Source: Fistulifera solaris (taxonomy: Eukaryota). Taken from it: 47,579 nucleotides of DNA. The notes under the pieces are model-generated. The model worked only from the letters and a program-made list of their open reading frames with translations. It was not told the origin of the DNA and ran no database searches. A program made the position numbers and the translations under genes. The DNA lies in assembly GCA_030295235.1 (NCBI GenBank), contig AP026150.1:620001-667579 (forward strand). The letters are read 5' to 3'. Every line of letters starts with the position of its first letter. Within the stretch, counting starts at the first letter, position 1. Positions 24,013 through 35,917 of this stretch are shown here, one piece after another.

Positions 24013-25232
24013 CTACACCCCCGCCAACTCAATCAAAGCAAAGCATTCGCCCACAAAGAAAGCCGTGACCATCCATCCCAACGAAAGACAGGGCAAAACG
24101 AGCACCCAATACCACCAAGTTGCGGCAAGAACAACACAGTAGACAGCGGTCGCCATGACATGGCCGGATGGTCCACACATGTAATGCAAGACGGAAATAA
24201 TTGAAGGAAGGGGCAACACGAGCAATCCCACAAGTCGCGCAGATAATGGCTGATGCGATTCGGTGAGAGAAAAGGCCGTTTGACTCAAGAACAGAACAAC
24301 ATCGTTCCACAAATTGGGCAACGTGTATCCAGTTGATCGACTGCCCAGAAGAAGTGTCGTAAGACACTGCCAAGCCGCAGTAAACGCCATACTAACAAGA
24401 ATGTACCCCATCCATAGAACGAGAAAGCTATTGTGCCACGGCCATAGCAAGGATTGCACAACTTGCTGTGGTAGAAACGCGATGATACTTGACTGTAAGC
24501 TGATCGTTTCGTTGAGTGTCGCGGCCATGAGTAAGAATTGCTCCGGCCATGCCCAAAGAGAACCAGGCGGTGCCGTCAACACCTCTTGCCGTCTCCACCA
24601 GGGACGTACTTGCGGAGCTCCCAGACGATGCAAGTAAGCCGTTCGCGTTTCTGCTGCTGCCGCACACAAAAGGGGAATAGCAGCGAGTCCCCGAATGGGA
24701 GGGATGTTATTATTGTTGCTGGTGCCCGATGTTTGTGCCGTGGTTGCTGCATCTTGTACAGCCGTCGCTAAAGCAGCCGTATTACCGTAAACGCGAAGCT
24801 GTCTATCTGCTTCTTGACAATAGAGTCGCATGGCTTCTTGCGGAGACATGCCTGATTTCGATCGCCAAGCTTGATATTTCGCTTGATCGGAAGCCGGCGT
24901 TGAGTTTTCGAGTCCAGCCAAGCTATGAGGCGCGTCGCCTTGCACAGCTTGCTTATGCAGAGCATAAAGTTCCAAGCGATCACGGTTCTGTTTGAGTTGA
25001 GAAAGGGATGATTAAACATGCATGAGGAATGAGAAACGAAAAAAGGTATGCGCAGAGATGTAGATAGTGCACGGGAAATGGCTCAAAAAGATACACATTC
25101 GTTATCAACGAAACATGAACGCACCGAAGGACTGCTTCCCGGTTTCCAGTTTTTCATGTACTGTGATTTTTGTCGAAACGCATTGATCCATTCATTAGTG
25201 TTGTGTTCGGTGCTAGTTGATTCGTCGACCAT
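24013..25232 (-). CDS. Acyl-CoA-binding-domain protein with C-terminal multi-pass membrane region
   Basis: Exon 1 25232-25125 (MVDESTS...WKPGSSPS), intron 25124-24988, exon 2 NRDRLELYALHKQAVQGD...AKYQAWRSKSGMSPQEAMRLY (ACBP signature), followed by several hydrophobic helices. Confidence 0.85.
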
Positions 25233-25795
25233 TTTCGCTTATTGTTGCGTTTTGATATCCTTAATGCTCCGTAAAGATTTGATGTACCAGTGCTTTAGGC
25301 GACTAAAACAAAGAGCAATCAGCCAAGAGTGAAGATCAGTTTAATAAATGGTATGATTGCAATGAGAACGCAAACAAAGCGGCCGACATTAAGAGGCGCA
25401 ATAACAAACTTTTGCGCTTCCGCTTTTTGCTCGAAGCGCATCGTCACTCCGCGGATGATGCTGTCGTTTCACGTTTCACAGTACGAGGCTTTGAAAGGCG
25501 TCCCCAAACAAGACTACTCACCCGACTAGAGTGAGAAGATATATCGATACCGAAATGACTTGACGTCGTTCTTCTATGAGAACCAAAAAATGTTGACGAT
25601 GTTTTGTGGTGTTTCTCATTTTCATTTTTTGTCGTACATCTTCAAGGAAGGCAATAGAAGATACTTGGTAAATATTCCTGTCAACCTGTCAATGAAATCA
25701 CAATCGCATTCCACATCTCAGCAAATCGAGCAGAGAATGGCATCGTATCACGCTTCACATCCATCGTCCGTTATTTATATCCTTACGACATAACA

Positions 25796-26525
25796 ATGCG
25801 CGAATCTTCATCATTCTTTACAGCATTTGGTGTTTTTGGTCTTTCATTACTCTCGTTCGTACAAGGCTGGGTTACATTACCACAGATAATCGCAAAACAA
25901 AGTCCGAAATCTTCATGTTCGCCTCTATCGCAGGATTTGGTGCGAGCGACGACAAAACGAAAGGTGGAAAGGTAGCGGCTCCGTTGAAACCCAAACAGCA
26001 GTGGGGTCGTAACCTGGCGCTAAAGGAAGCACCGAAAGTGACGGTTGGTGTACAAACTCAAGATACCGACGATTGGTTTCCTGTAGGCTTTGTAAAAGCG
26101 AGAGATGTAGCTGCCCTTGAAACGGCGGTCAGACGACAGCGTGCCCTTATTGCTGAGGTAAATCATGTTTCGAAAGGGCCTTTCGTTTCTACTCCGGTAT
26201 TTTCTTTGGAAAATAGAAATGGATATGACTAACGCAAGATATTTCTTTCATTGTCGAATTATTTTTTTTTATCGCAGCACGCGAAGCGGCTTTTCCTTCC
26301 AGATCTCGGCGAATACAAAGTTGAATGGGGGAATGAGGATGATTGCCGAAGGAAACAACGAAGGAACTTGGAAGACAGTTCATTCTAAAGCTGGAACTAG
26401 AGTTTATGTATCTGACAAAAGACATTGGGTTCGAAGGAGTTCCCGGCTGGGCATCTGAATTATACTATGTTTACGATGAGAACAAGAAATCAGGAAAGAA
26501 AGGAGTTTACAAGCGATGGATGTAG
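25796..26525 (+). pseudogene. Tandem paralog A of 27103-27848 (putative plastid protein); multiply frameshifted, either a decaying copy or consensus errors
   Basis: Signal peptide ending VQG-W, then DTDDWFPVGFVKARDVAALETAVRRQRALIAE. Intron 26158-26277 is at the same position as in paralog B. Frameshifts at ~25930 and several in exon 2. Confidence 0.6.
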
Positions 26526-27102
26526 TTGTGGAAAGGAAGGAGCTCGAAAGAATCTGCTATTCTCTCTGTTAGCTTTTGAACGAAGTGTTTACTATCGGCT
26601 ATGGATGGCTAGTTTGAAGAATATGCTCAGAGCATTTGGCGGGTTACTCACAACTTAAATCACGTTTTAGGGAGGTTTGGTGTCGACGGTGCTCCCTCTA
26701 ACGCACGTCATCATTGAGTTCCCTGTTTAGAAAAGAAATGGCTAGAAGTTACTATGCTTACGTCCTATTCCTACCTCTAGCTGTTTGCTAATAATTTTGC
26801 CTAAAAGGAGAGTTTCATATTGGTCATTATGCATTAGAGCAAGCTTTTGCAATGAACTGCTCATACTAAGACCTAGCTATTGTTTACGTCGTAAATTTTT
26901 CTTGGATAGATCACTAAATGATTTATTTTTACTCAATAGTACTTTTAGCTCGAGAGTGATCGTCACTTAGATAGCCGCGACTTGATTTTTAGTCGTGAGT
27001 CGTTTGTGGATCGCAAAAAATTCATCACGTCGTCGTCGCGACAGTAGCGCCTTCACAACAAAGACTCTTTTGTTTATTTCATAAACGCAACAAAATTTAA
27101 TC

Positions 27103-27848
27103 ATGCATCTATCTTCATCGCTATTTACTGCTTTGAGTCTACTTTGTCTTTCAGGGCCGTCGGGAGTGCAAAGTTGGACGAATTATTCTCTCCACTCGAT
27201 CATTACGCGTCAGGCTCGACAATCTTCGTTTCCTCCTCTATCGGCAGGGTTCGGAGCGAGCAGCGATAAGAAGAAAGAAGGAAAGACAGCAACTCCTTTG
27301 GAAACCCAAACAACAATGGGATCGCTATTTGGCACTGAAACGAGCGCCCAGAGTGATGGTGGGTGTACAAATTCAAGACACCGATGACTGGCTTCCAGTC
27401 GGCTCCGTCAAAGCCAAGGATACGGCAGCGCTCGAAGCGGCGGTCCTTCGACAGCGTGCCCTCATTGCTGAGGTAAGTGCTTTTTTTGTCTCTAGAGGAA
27501 TCATACGGTGTAATTCCGTGATCAATTGCTGGCTGAACTCGAACGGTGTCTTCATTTTTGTGCTTCACTATATTGCAGCACGCCAAGCGTCTCTTTCCAC
27601 TACAAGTCACAGCTAAGACAAAGCTAAACTGGGGAATGATGATAACAGAAAAAGGAAGGGACGAAGGATCATGGAAGACGCTTGATCCGAAATCCTTTAC
27701 GAGTGCCGATGTACTCGACAAAGACATCGGATTCGAAGGAACGCCAGATGCAGCATCCGGATTTTACTGTGTTTACGATCAGGGTAAGATCTTGAATGCT
27801 AGTGGTAGCGGTACTGAGCAGCGATCGCCTGCATTCAAAAAGAAATAG
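27103..27848 (+). CDS. Putative plastid-targeted protein, tentatively HHL1-like; tandem paralog B, one apparent frameshift
   Basis: Signal peptide ending VQS-W, AGFG motif, extra base near 27300. Intron 27473-27578 joins WLPVGSVKAKDTAALEAAVLRQRALIAE|HAKRLFPLQ...DIGFEGTPDAASGFYCVY. The family call is from recalled motif resemblance only. Confidence 0.7.
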
Positions 27849-28434
27849 TTTTACTTTTTAGGTGAACTTTGTTTTCTTCTCCCCTCGGTAGACGCTGTCT
27901 AGTGCTCGTTTCTGCATCATGTGTTCTCCTCGTTTCATTCATATTTCGTACGATATCAGGAACAACTTCCTTTTAAAGTTTTCTGCATAAATACTCCGTC
28001 GAACTTCCACGTCCTCTCTAAATCGAGATTTTGACTTCGGTTTCTGATAGGTTGGGCCAGTGCGAAGTGAAGTCAGGCAATTTCGAAAGAATTACCTAAA
28101 AGATAAAAGACCTAGTTCATCATTTCTCTAAGCCTAAAAGTCTCATTAATAGTGTACAACTTTTTCCAGAACCCTTATCTTTCTAATGGAGCTCCATAGA
28201 AGTCTTTTGTTGACCACGGTCGTGATATAGTCACTTCGTAGCCGTTCCTAGATTCTCTACACAAAAACAGGAATTCTCACTTCCGGAATTCTGATAGAAG
28301 TCTCAGACCTATAAGAGATAGGCTTTTGGCTGACAAAGCAACATTCCTGATACCTCTCATTCCTTTCACTTGTGATCATTTTCAAAGCAAAGAACAAAAA
28401 CAACTCTTAAGGTTTCAATTCAAAGAAATGCACC

Positions 28435-28878
28435 ATGAAGTCTCCAATTCTTCACTTAGTGACAACTCTGACGATATATCTTGTCATAATCGTTGACGAT
28501 ACGCATGCCTTTGGGGTGAATCCTTCTGTCGAAGGACATTCCTTTGCGTCAGCCTCCTCGACGGCTCTTTTCCCCACTTCAGGCATTCTCGAACGTACTA
28601 TCAAGGCTCCAAAGAAGAAGAGGCTTATCAAGACAACAAAAGGTGTGGTGACTTCGATAAATGAGGCGACGGAGTCGTCAGTCGGATCACTCATATTACT
28701 TTTAAACGACCCTCATGTTCGTCACAAAGTTCGACGTCGCCCTCTCTTGATTTCCCATGACGAAAAGGATAAACCTAGGCGCAAGGCGATGCGTGCTTTT
28801 CAGGAAGGCCAAGAGCTTGCTCGCCTTGCTGTGCGAGAAGTTTTCAAGGAATACAACATCAATGATGTGTCTGTATAG
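28435..28878 (+). CDS. Hypothetical protein with bipartite plastid-type presequence (147 aa)
   Basis: Hydrophobic signal ending THA-F, followed by a Ser-rich transit-like segment. Confidence 0.65.
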   Translation: MKSPILHLVTTLTIYLVIIVDDTHAFGVNPSVEGHSFASASSTALFPTSGILERTIKAPKKKRLIKTTKGVVTSINEATESSVGSLILLLNDPHVRHKVRRRPLLISHDEKDKPRRKAMRAFQEGQELARLAVREVFKEYNINDVSV

Positions 28879-29464
28879 TCGTTCAAGAAGTTGCTTCGCA
28901 TATACATTTTGCATTTCCATGGATGCCCTCGCTTATAATTGCCAGCGTTTTAACCTCTTAGTTAAGGTGAACCAAAAAGTAATTGATTATTCAGACCGGA
29001 TTAGTAGCAAAACGCTTGTGAAAGGTTATCATACCCTATTACGTTTTGTTGTACATTGATGATTGCAACGCTGCGTGATAAGACGATTTTGTTTTCGATC
29101 GCGTTGCTTTTCTTCTTTTCGCGATTTTACAACTGTTGTCGCACCAGCATCATTGGATTCTATGTAATTCTTAATCATAGATCCAAACGCACTACGGTAT
29201 TGTATTCGAAAATCAGTACATTCGCAATCCAAGTAAGACGTTACTTAAAAAAATAAACAGTACATAATGAGCTATATAGTGCGCTGTAAATTTCCGTTGC
29301 TCGCAAGCCTGTCCACCTCTGCTTTTGGCAAATCGCCGATTGCCGATTGTTCACTTTTTTTGCTCTATTTCGCAGCGAACATCCTTTTCAGTTTCATTTG
29401 CTCATACAACGCTCTACTTCTCAATTGCATCAACCAAACCCTCTCTGAATATTAAAAAATCACA

Positions 29465-31984
29465 ATGTCTCGTCGAATGTCATTTGGAGGAAGCGCATTG
29501 CGCGACGTTTCAACCCTACAAAATGTGCGTTCATCCTCGGTGTCCCGACGTATGTCGATCGCACCAAGCGACTTTCGGTCGGCAACGCCTGTGAAGGATC
29601 GCCGTGCCCTGCTGGACGACTGGAGAAAACAACAAAAAGCGGAAGAAGACGAGAAACTTCACAAAAGGGCGAAACTTCAACCCCCGTTGCCCCCATCGTC
29701 TTCGTCTACTCCAGGTAGCGATTCGGCCGCTTCGGGGGGAACGACGGCACTTGAAAGGTACCGCATGCGGAAAACTCAGAGAATGAATGAGGCACTACAA
29801 GATGGCACCATGGATTTTCGTGATATCACTTCTCAGGCGCTATTGAGTGCAGGGACGCCTAGTAACTCGTTGGCCTCTGCCAGACGACGAAGTATGTCTA
29901 TCGCTCCTCTGCAAAGAGGCTTTCCGCCCTTGGCTCCGTCTCAAGAATCACACCATAGTTTAAGTCAGTTAACCCAAGATGAGACGCTCGTAGCAGAGAT
30001 GGATTCGGTGGAGGGTGCAAGTTTGAAGTCTCGCCTTCGAGAAATGAAGCAGCGCGTTGACCAGCTCGAGCAAGAAAAGATGGTTTTGAGCATGGCCAAA
30101 GCACCATTGGAAGCCCGTCTAAGACAAAAGGAAGACGAGTGGGAAAAGGAAAGCAATCGTCTTTTGGACGAGATCGATACGCTCCGGGAATCCAGTCGCT
30201 CTGCCGAGGACCGCTACCGTGACTTGGTCTTGAAACATGAAGCGTTGGAAGAAGAATGCAAACACTTGCGTCATCAAGTGCTCAAAGCTTCTAGCTCTAG
30301 GAATGCTGGATTGGAGAGTCGAGTCGCAGATTCGGGATGGTCGCGTATGGTTCAAAATGATCAAGATATTCTTGACTTGAAAGAGAAGCTACGTAGCGCC
30401 GAAGAAGAGATTGATTCACTTCGACTTGCAAAGGTATCGGTCGAGAAGGAGCTGCATGCCTTCAAGATTGAACTCTCGTCCGCTCTGAGAAGTTTGGACG
30501 AGCTTCAACATGAGTTTGATGAGCTGCATCGCTCAAAGACAGAAAATCGTGATGCGGAGATCAAGTTAGAGGTTCTACAAATTGAACATATTGCGACTTC
30601 AGCGCAACTAAACGCCGTTTGCAGCGATCTCGCAGCCACCAAAACAAGGTATGAAGTTGCCATGAGTGAGAAAGACGTGGAGCACAAGAAACAATTGGAA
30701 GAAATGCAGTTCGAAATGAGCGTTTTGAAAACACGAGCCGCAAAAGTTGTTGACGACACCCGGAACCCCTCCATTTTCGAAGTCGAAGATGACGCAGTAC
30801 TTAAAGCTCGGATCGAAGAGAGGGACCGACGAATAGCCGAGCTCGAAGAACAATTGCTCAGCAGCGAACAACAGCGCCGTAAGATGCACAATTGTATCCA
30901 GGAACTCCGCGGTAACATCCGTGTTTACGTCAGAACCCGTCCTTTCCTACCGAATGACCAGACAAATGAAGAACCTGCAATAGACGTTTCACCGGATGGA
31001 GAATCGCTCACAATTCTCGATCAGCGAAACGGAGCAACGCATGACTTCAAGTTCGATAAAGTTTTCCCACCATCTGCTGGTCAGGACAATGTCTTTCAAG
31101 AAGTTGCAGACTTCGTTCAGAGCGCGCTTGACGGATACAACGTGTGCCTCTTCTCGTATGGTCAAACAGGATCCGGAAAAACCCATACGATGCAGGGAAG
31201 TGGAAACGCTGCCATGCGCGGCATTATTCCCCGAGCCGTTGAACAGATTCTCACGCAGGCGAAGGTTCTGCAAAGCCAGAAATGGTCATTTAACCTCAGT
31301 GCATCATTTCTCGAAATCTACAACGAAGAAATCAAAGATTTGCTGGTACAAATGACGGAATCTAAGCACCCTGACTCGCACAAGCTGAAGATCAAGCGTT
31401 CACGTGAAGGAAAGAGCTATGTTGATGGTTTGACTGAGGTCCCTATTGAAACGCGAGATTCCGCAACAGGCATGCAGCAGCTTGATGCGCTTATGTCTGT
31501 TGCCGCTAGAACACGATCTGTTGCTAGTACTAAAATGAATGCACAGAGTTCTCGCAGCCATTCGGTCTTTATGTTACATCTTCGGGGAATCAATGAGGAC
31601 AGTGGCACTGTGGTGGAAGGTACATTGAATCTTTGTGATTTAGCTGGAAGTGAGCGGCTGGACCGAAGTGGAGCAGATTCTGATGTGCAGCGATTGAGGG
31701 AAACGCAGGCTATCAACAAAAGTCTAAGCTGCTTGGGTGATGTTTTCAACGCTCTTGCTCAACGGGCAAGTCACATACCCTATCGAAACTCTACATTGAC
31801 GTATCTCCTGCAAGACTGTTTGAGTGGGGATGGAAAGGCGCTCATGTTTGTTAATTTGAGCCCGACATCTGCTAGTAGTAATGAAAGTTTGTGCTCTCTT
31901 CGATTCGCTCAACGAGTCAACCAAGTTGAACTGGGAAAGCCGACAAAGAACATTCATTACAACAAATCGCGCAAGACGAAATGA
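29465..31984 (+). CDS. Kinesin-14 family (Kar3/Ncd-like) C-terminal motor protein
   Basis: Long coiled coil, neck RRKMHNCIQELRGNIRVYVRTRP, P-loop GQTGSGKT, switch I NAQSSRSH, switch II DLAGSER, HIPYRNSTLT. Intact 839-aa ORF. Confidence 0.97.
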   Translation: MSRRMSFGGSALRDVSTLQNVRSSSVSRRMSIAPSDFRSATPVKDRRALLDDWRKQQKAEEDEKLHKRAKLQPPLPPSSSSTPGSDSAASGGTTALERYRMRKTQRMNEALQDGTMDFRDITSQALLSAGTPSNSLASARRRSMSIAPLQRGFPPLAPSQESHHSLSQLTQDETLVAEMDSVEGASLKSRLREMKQRVDQLEQEKMVLSMAKAPLEARLRQKEDEWEKESNRLLDEIDTLRESSRSAEDRYRDLVLKHEALEEECKHLRHQVLKASSSRNAGLESRVADSGWSRMVQNDQDILDLKEKLRSAEEEIDSLRLAKVSVEKELHAFKIELSSALRSLDELQHEFDELHRSKTENRDAEIKLEVLQIEHIATSAQLNAVCSDLAATKTRYEVAMSEKDVEHKKQLEEMQFEMSVLKTRAAKVVDDTRNPSIFEVEDDAVLKARIEERDRRIAELEEQLLSSEQQRRKMHNCIQELRGNIRVYVRTRPFLPNDQTNEEPAIDVSPDGESLTILDQRNGATHDFKFDKVFPPSAGQDNVFQEVADFVQSALDGYNVCLFSYGQTGSGKTHTMQGSGNAAMRGIIPRAVEQILTQAKVLQSQKWSFNLSASFLEIYNEEIKDLLVQMTESKHPDSHKLKIKRSREGKSYVDGLTEVPIETRDSATGMQQLDALMSVAARTRSVASTKMNAQSSRSHSVFMLHLRGINEDSGTVVEGTLNLCDLAGSERLDRSGADSDVQRLRETQAINKSLSCLGDVFNALAQRASHIPYRNSTLTYLLQDCLSGDGKALMFVNLSPTSASSNESLCSLRFAQRVNQVELGKPTKNIHYNKSRKTK

Positions 31985-33155
31985 GAACTGAATCCATTGA
32001 TTTACTGTAGCCGTACAAAACCATATAAACAATCATCAAAATAACTAGTTGTTCATTGCGCTCTCGCAAGTGTTTTTCACACGTGTCCTCGATTTCTCTT
32101 TCAATCATTATCCTTTTCAATGTCGGAAAGGAAAAGAGGTAGGTATGTGCTCCGTATTGTCCGAAAAGTTCTTTATGCTTGTAAGACTTGAAGCACATTC
32201 AGCACCCGAAAAGGGTTCGTCTATTGGCGGGCCCGGGTAATCCCCCAACGGTTGCTTCGAGCGAACATGATCGAAATGACAAACAGCCACCCTCGGGATA
32301 CTGCATTCTTCGGGCAAGAGGCTTTGAGCGATGCGGATTGTTGGCCATAAATTCCTTTCACAAAGGTGCACTGTGAAGGAACTCGCGTAACTATCGAGAC
32401 AAAACAACTTCGCAGCACTGATTGTTGAACCGACGAGCCCCTTACAAGGTTGCGCTAATGCTTTTCACTAACCATGATCAATCACCTTTTTCTACAGCTT
32501 CAACAATATCGATCTTTCATCCACAAAGCGCTGCTTAGCGTGCCCGCACAAATTGATCTATTTGAAACCCATCAAAGTTCGGATGATACTGCAATTTTAC
32601 GCGCTTGCATATCTCCGGACAAACTCGTGTACTCCAAATCATAAAACCCATAAGCACCACCTCCTCTTCACCTCTTTCAGTGTTGTGCTATACAAAGCGA
32701 TCACGGAACTTTCCCGACAAGGCTTCGAGCAGTACTGAACGTTTGACCCTGTGCATCCTCCGAACTGTTGCGCTACTCTTTTTGATGAGGAACGTCTCCG
32801 ACTAGAAGCTTTGAACGATACTGATCGGAGGGCTATGAGCTTTGCCAACGCCTTCAAATAACTTCCCAAGCAATACCTTCGGCAGTGGGTAGGTTATATT
32901 CCGTAGGACAAGTAGAGTGGCCATTTTACATTTGTACTTCATAATTGCATCACGTCCGACCCGCTAACGACCATCTTACATTTTTGGCATCGGCCCATGA
33001 CTCATTTGCAAACAGTCCTTACTCGCTGACAAAATCGACTCAACACAGGGTAAAGGATCGTCGCGCTCGCGACTGAAACTGAAAATAGCTCTTCATGCTC
33101 ATTATTGTTACATAGCACCATCGTCTCAGCGTCCCATTCGTCCTCGCCATAATGT

Positions 33156-34039
33156 TTATCCATAACCTATACCAAACACTTTTTGGTCGACCACATGACA
33201 AGATTGAATAGAATCAAGGCGTGGAAACTCTTTCTGTACATACGCCAAATAATCCTCCTTCCATAGCATTCCCTGTTTGGGTCCGTGCTCACCGTATCCG
33301 GTGAATATCTTCGAAAGCGTCTCAAAGGAGTGCCGTCCGACTATTTCGCCCCACGGAACTTCCCACGGAGAACCACCCGCGAGACGTCCATTGGGCTGCA
33401 GTGCCACAATAAACTGATTGTTTCGTGAGTGTTTGCCGGCTCCGGCGTAAGCTAGATAGCCTTGTGCGAAGCGTTTGACATCACCGTGTTGACGATGATC
33501 TGGTCCTTCCGGCAACCAATTTGGATCATCTGGTAGCGTTTGCTTAAATACTTTAGATGCGGGCCCCGCTAACCCAAATTGACAAAGAAATCCGTGCACG
33601 CAACGCATCAAGGGGACTGTATTTGTGTTAAAATACTGATCTTGAACCAATTGGAGGAACCGTTCGGCTCCATTCGGCGCCCACGCGTGATGAACAACAA
33701 TATTCCAAGGTCCGGCGGTAGTTTGACAACACACCAATGTGACTTTGTCGTCAGCAGGAGGAGTAATCATGTGACGAGGACCCATTTGAGGATTCTTTTC
33801 TTCCAGAGTCAGATCATCCCAGCGTTGATACGGACAAGATGATCTGTCTGCGTCTGACAGCTTCACTGCTATTGCATCACCGGAAAGCTTTGCTTGAGGA
33901 GGTGCAGTAGAACCTGAAATGTCGGTTCATTCCAGTCCGGAAGTGTAATAATTGCGAAGAAAATCAGGATAATTGCGAAGAAAATCCAGATCGGCGTGTG
34001 CTGATTGCGGCGATTTGATTTTGTTTGAACGGCTACCAT
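33156..34039 (-). CDS. Divergent cyclophilin-type PPIase-like protein with N-terminal type II membrane anchor, one apparent frameshift
   Basis: TTAGPWNIVVHHAWAPNGAERFLQLV...MRCVHGFLCQFG...LAYAGAGKHSRNNQFIVAL...VPWGEIV. Upstream ATG 34039 gives MVAVQTKSNRRNQHTPIWIFFAIILIFFAIITLP, out of frame by a shift near 33925. Confidence 0.8.
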
Positions 34040-34534
34040 CGCTTTTAACGGCCTGTTTGCTTGCTTATCGTTGACTAGTTAAACGATATTGTTTTCACGG
34101 TATCATTTCGTTGTAGATACAAAGATTAAGTCACATCATTTGATGATTAATCATTATATTTCGCTCTTCGAAATAGTAATGACTAATGACTCCCTTCAAA
34201 TAAATGCCCCCGCATAAAAGGCCCGTTTGCCCCTATGACCGCCATTGTGTCGTCCGTTTCACGCGCCGCTTTTTCATAGTTTAACTAAATCTATACGCCT
34301 AGAAAAGGCCAACTTTAGCAAGACCAGCTAATTAATGTTTTATTTAGTCGATAGACAGCTTCATTAACATCTAGATGATTAGAAGTCGCCATAAATGATC
34401 ACCTTTGCAATTAAAGTGGGCGTGCCTAAATTCTGTTGCCACTAGTTGACGACTTCTCTAATAGTAGCAATTCAGTCAAACTTTACTCTAGGTCTCTTTG
34501 CTTCCAAAAGATGACAATCAACGATTGCTTCCCT

Positions 34535-35600
34535 TCAAACACCCGCAATGAGTGGCTTGCGATCCATTTCGGACATTTCTTGTACATCGCTAGAATGGTG
34601 TTTGAGTTGCGATCGAAGCTGCTGGCCCTTCTTCTGACTCATTTTATACAAGGAAGAGTACAGGAGTCCACCCAAAACGAGGATAGCACCCGCCGGGTAA
34701 AACCAGGAAAAACCCTTGGGAAAAGAACAAAGGACAAGATCAGTGTCATTCCCTTTCGAGCAGTCGCTACGAGAACAGCTGTCACCCCACCAAAACGTTT
34801 GACCACATTCATGTGCATTGAAATTGCCAGGTACGAAATAATGGTGTAGATCAGAATATAGGAGAGTAGAGAATCGCTGGTTGTCAGCAATTTCCAACAG
34901 CCCCACAAGTCTCCTGACAACATTGTTGTGAAAGTCATGGCTATCAGCGTCAAAATGTTGGTATAAACAGTGACTTCTAATCGACTACTTCCAGCCTGAA
35001 AGAGTCGTTCTTGTGCATTTGGCAGTACAGCGTCGGCACAAACCGAGAGTGTCACAAATATTAGTCCTATCGGATGAAAGGAGGGCGCCAATTCCCAGTC
35101 TGCAGCGGCGAATAGCACCAAACCGACACAAATTGCAAAAGCACAAACATACTCGACCGAAGAAAAGATCTTGACATGCCAGATTGAAGCAATGATCATG
35201 GTTGGAATCAACTTGCATGATCGAAAGACGACTTTGTCGGAAAATTGATAAAATTGAGAGACAAATTGGAGAGGGCCGAAGACGCTAAAAGGCATCCCGT
35301 GAGTAAAGGGTATGCGGAGATAGGCGCAACTCGCCCATATTCTTTACGAACGTAGTGACGTTCCCAAAAAGAGCAAACGGTGACCCCCAACACTTCAAAG
35401 AAGCCGAGCATGACACCATAATTCCAGCCAGGTACATTCATGATAGCTTCTTGCAGGTAATTGTGAATACCGAAAAAGACAAAGACAGCTGATCCGAGAA
35501 TGACAAATTGTGTATTTGACGACATCATCTCAAAACGCTGTGATAAACTCGCTGCTGTCATGATCATCGTTTGTTGATGATTGTCGTCTAATGAGCCCAT
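34535..35600 (-). CDS. Nucleotide-sugar/PAPS transporter (UAA, SLC35B family), two apparent frameshifts
   Basis: FGIHNYLQEAI...SNLSLNFINFPTKVVFRSCKLIPTM...CADAVLPNAQERLF...VATARKGMTLILSFVLFPKGFSWFY. ORFs join at ~35240 and ~34710. Confidence 0.92.
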
Positions 35601-35917
35601 ACTTGGATGCCTTGTGTGAGATCAAAACGAAGAGCCAATTCGCACGATCAATTCCAAATGAGCAGCCTAAGGACAGGAACCGTTGCAGTGATAAAATCGC
35701 AATGAATAGGGTCTTCTTTCCTTTTAAGCCGATTTACAACAAAAGGTCATCGCAGTAGTTGCAACTTGTCTTTATTACTTCTTTTGTCGGTTTGACGACG
35801 AAAATCACGTACTCACGGACAGACCGTGCTAAAGCTACGGGCCAACTTATTTTAGGTTCAATTTTAGAATTCTATGATGAATTCCAAAGGATAATTGTAA
35901 ATCGGCTATGTTCACTT

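Noticed and set aside
1690..26710. Scattered TGACGT/CACGTG boxes as aureochrome/bZIP sites
   Set aside because: Hexamers are expected many times by chance, and enrichment cannot be shown without computation.
32553..32924. MYND-finger-like fragment (GCTGSNVQYCSKPCRE) on the minus strand
   Set aside because: Most zinc ligands are missing and there is no coherent ORF. At best a relic.
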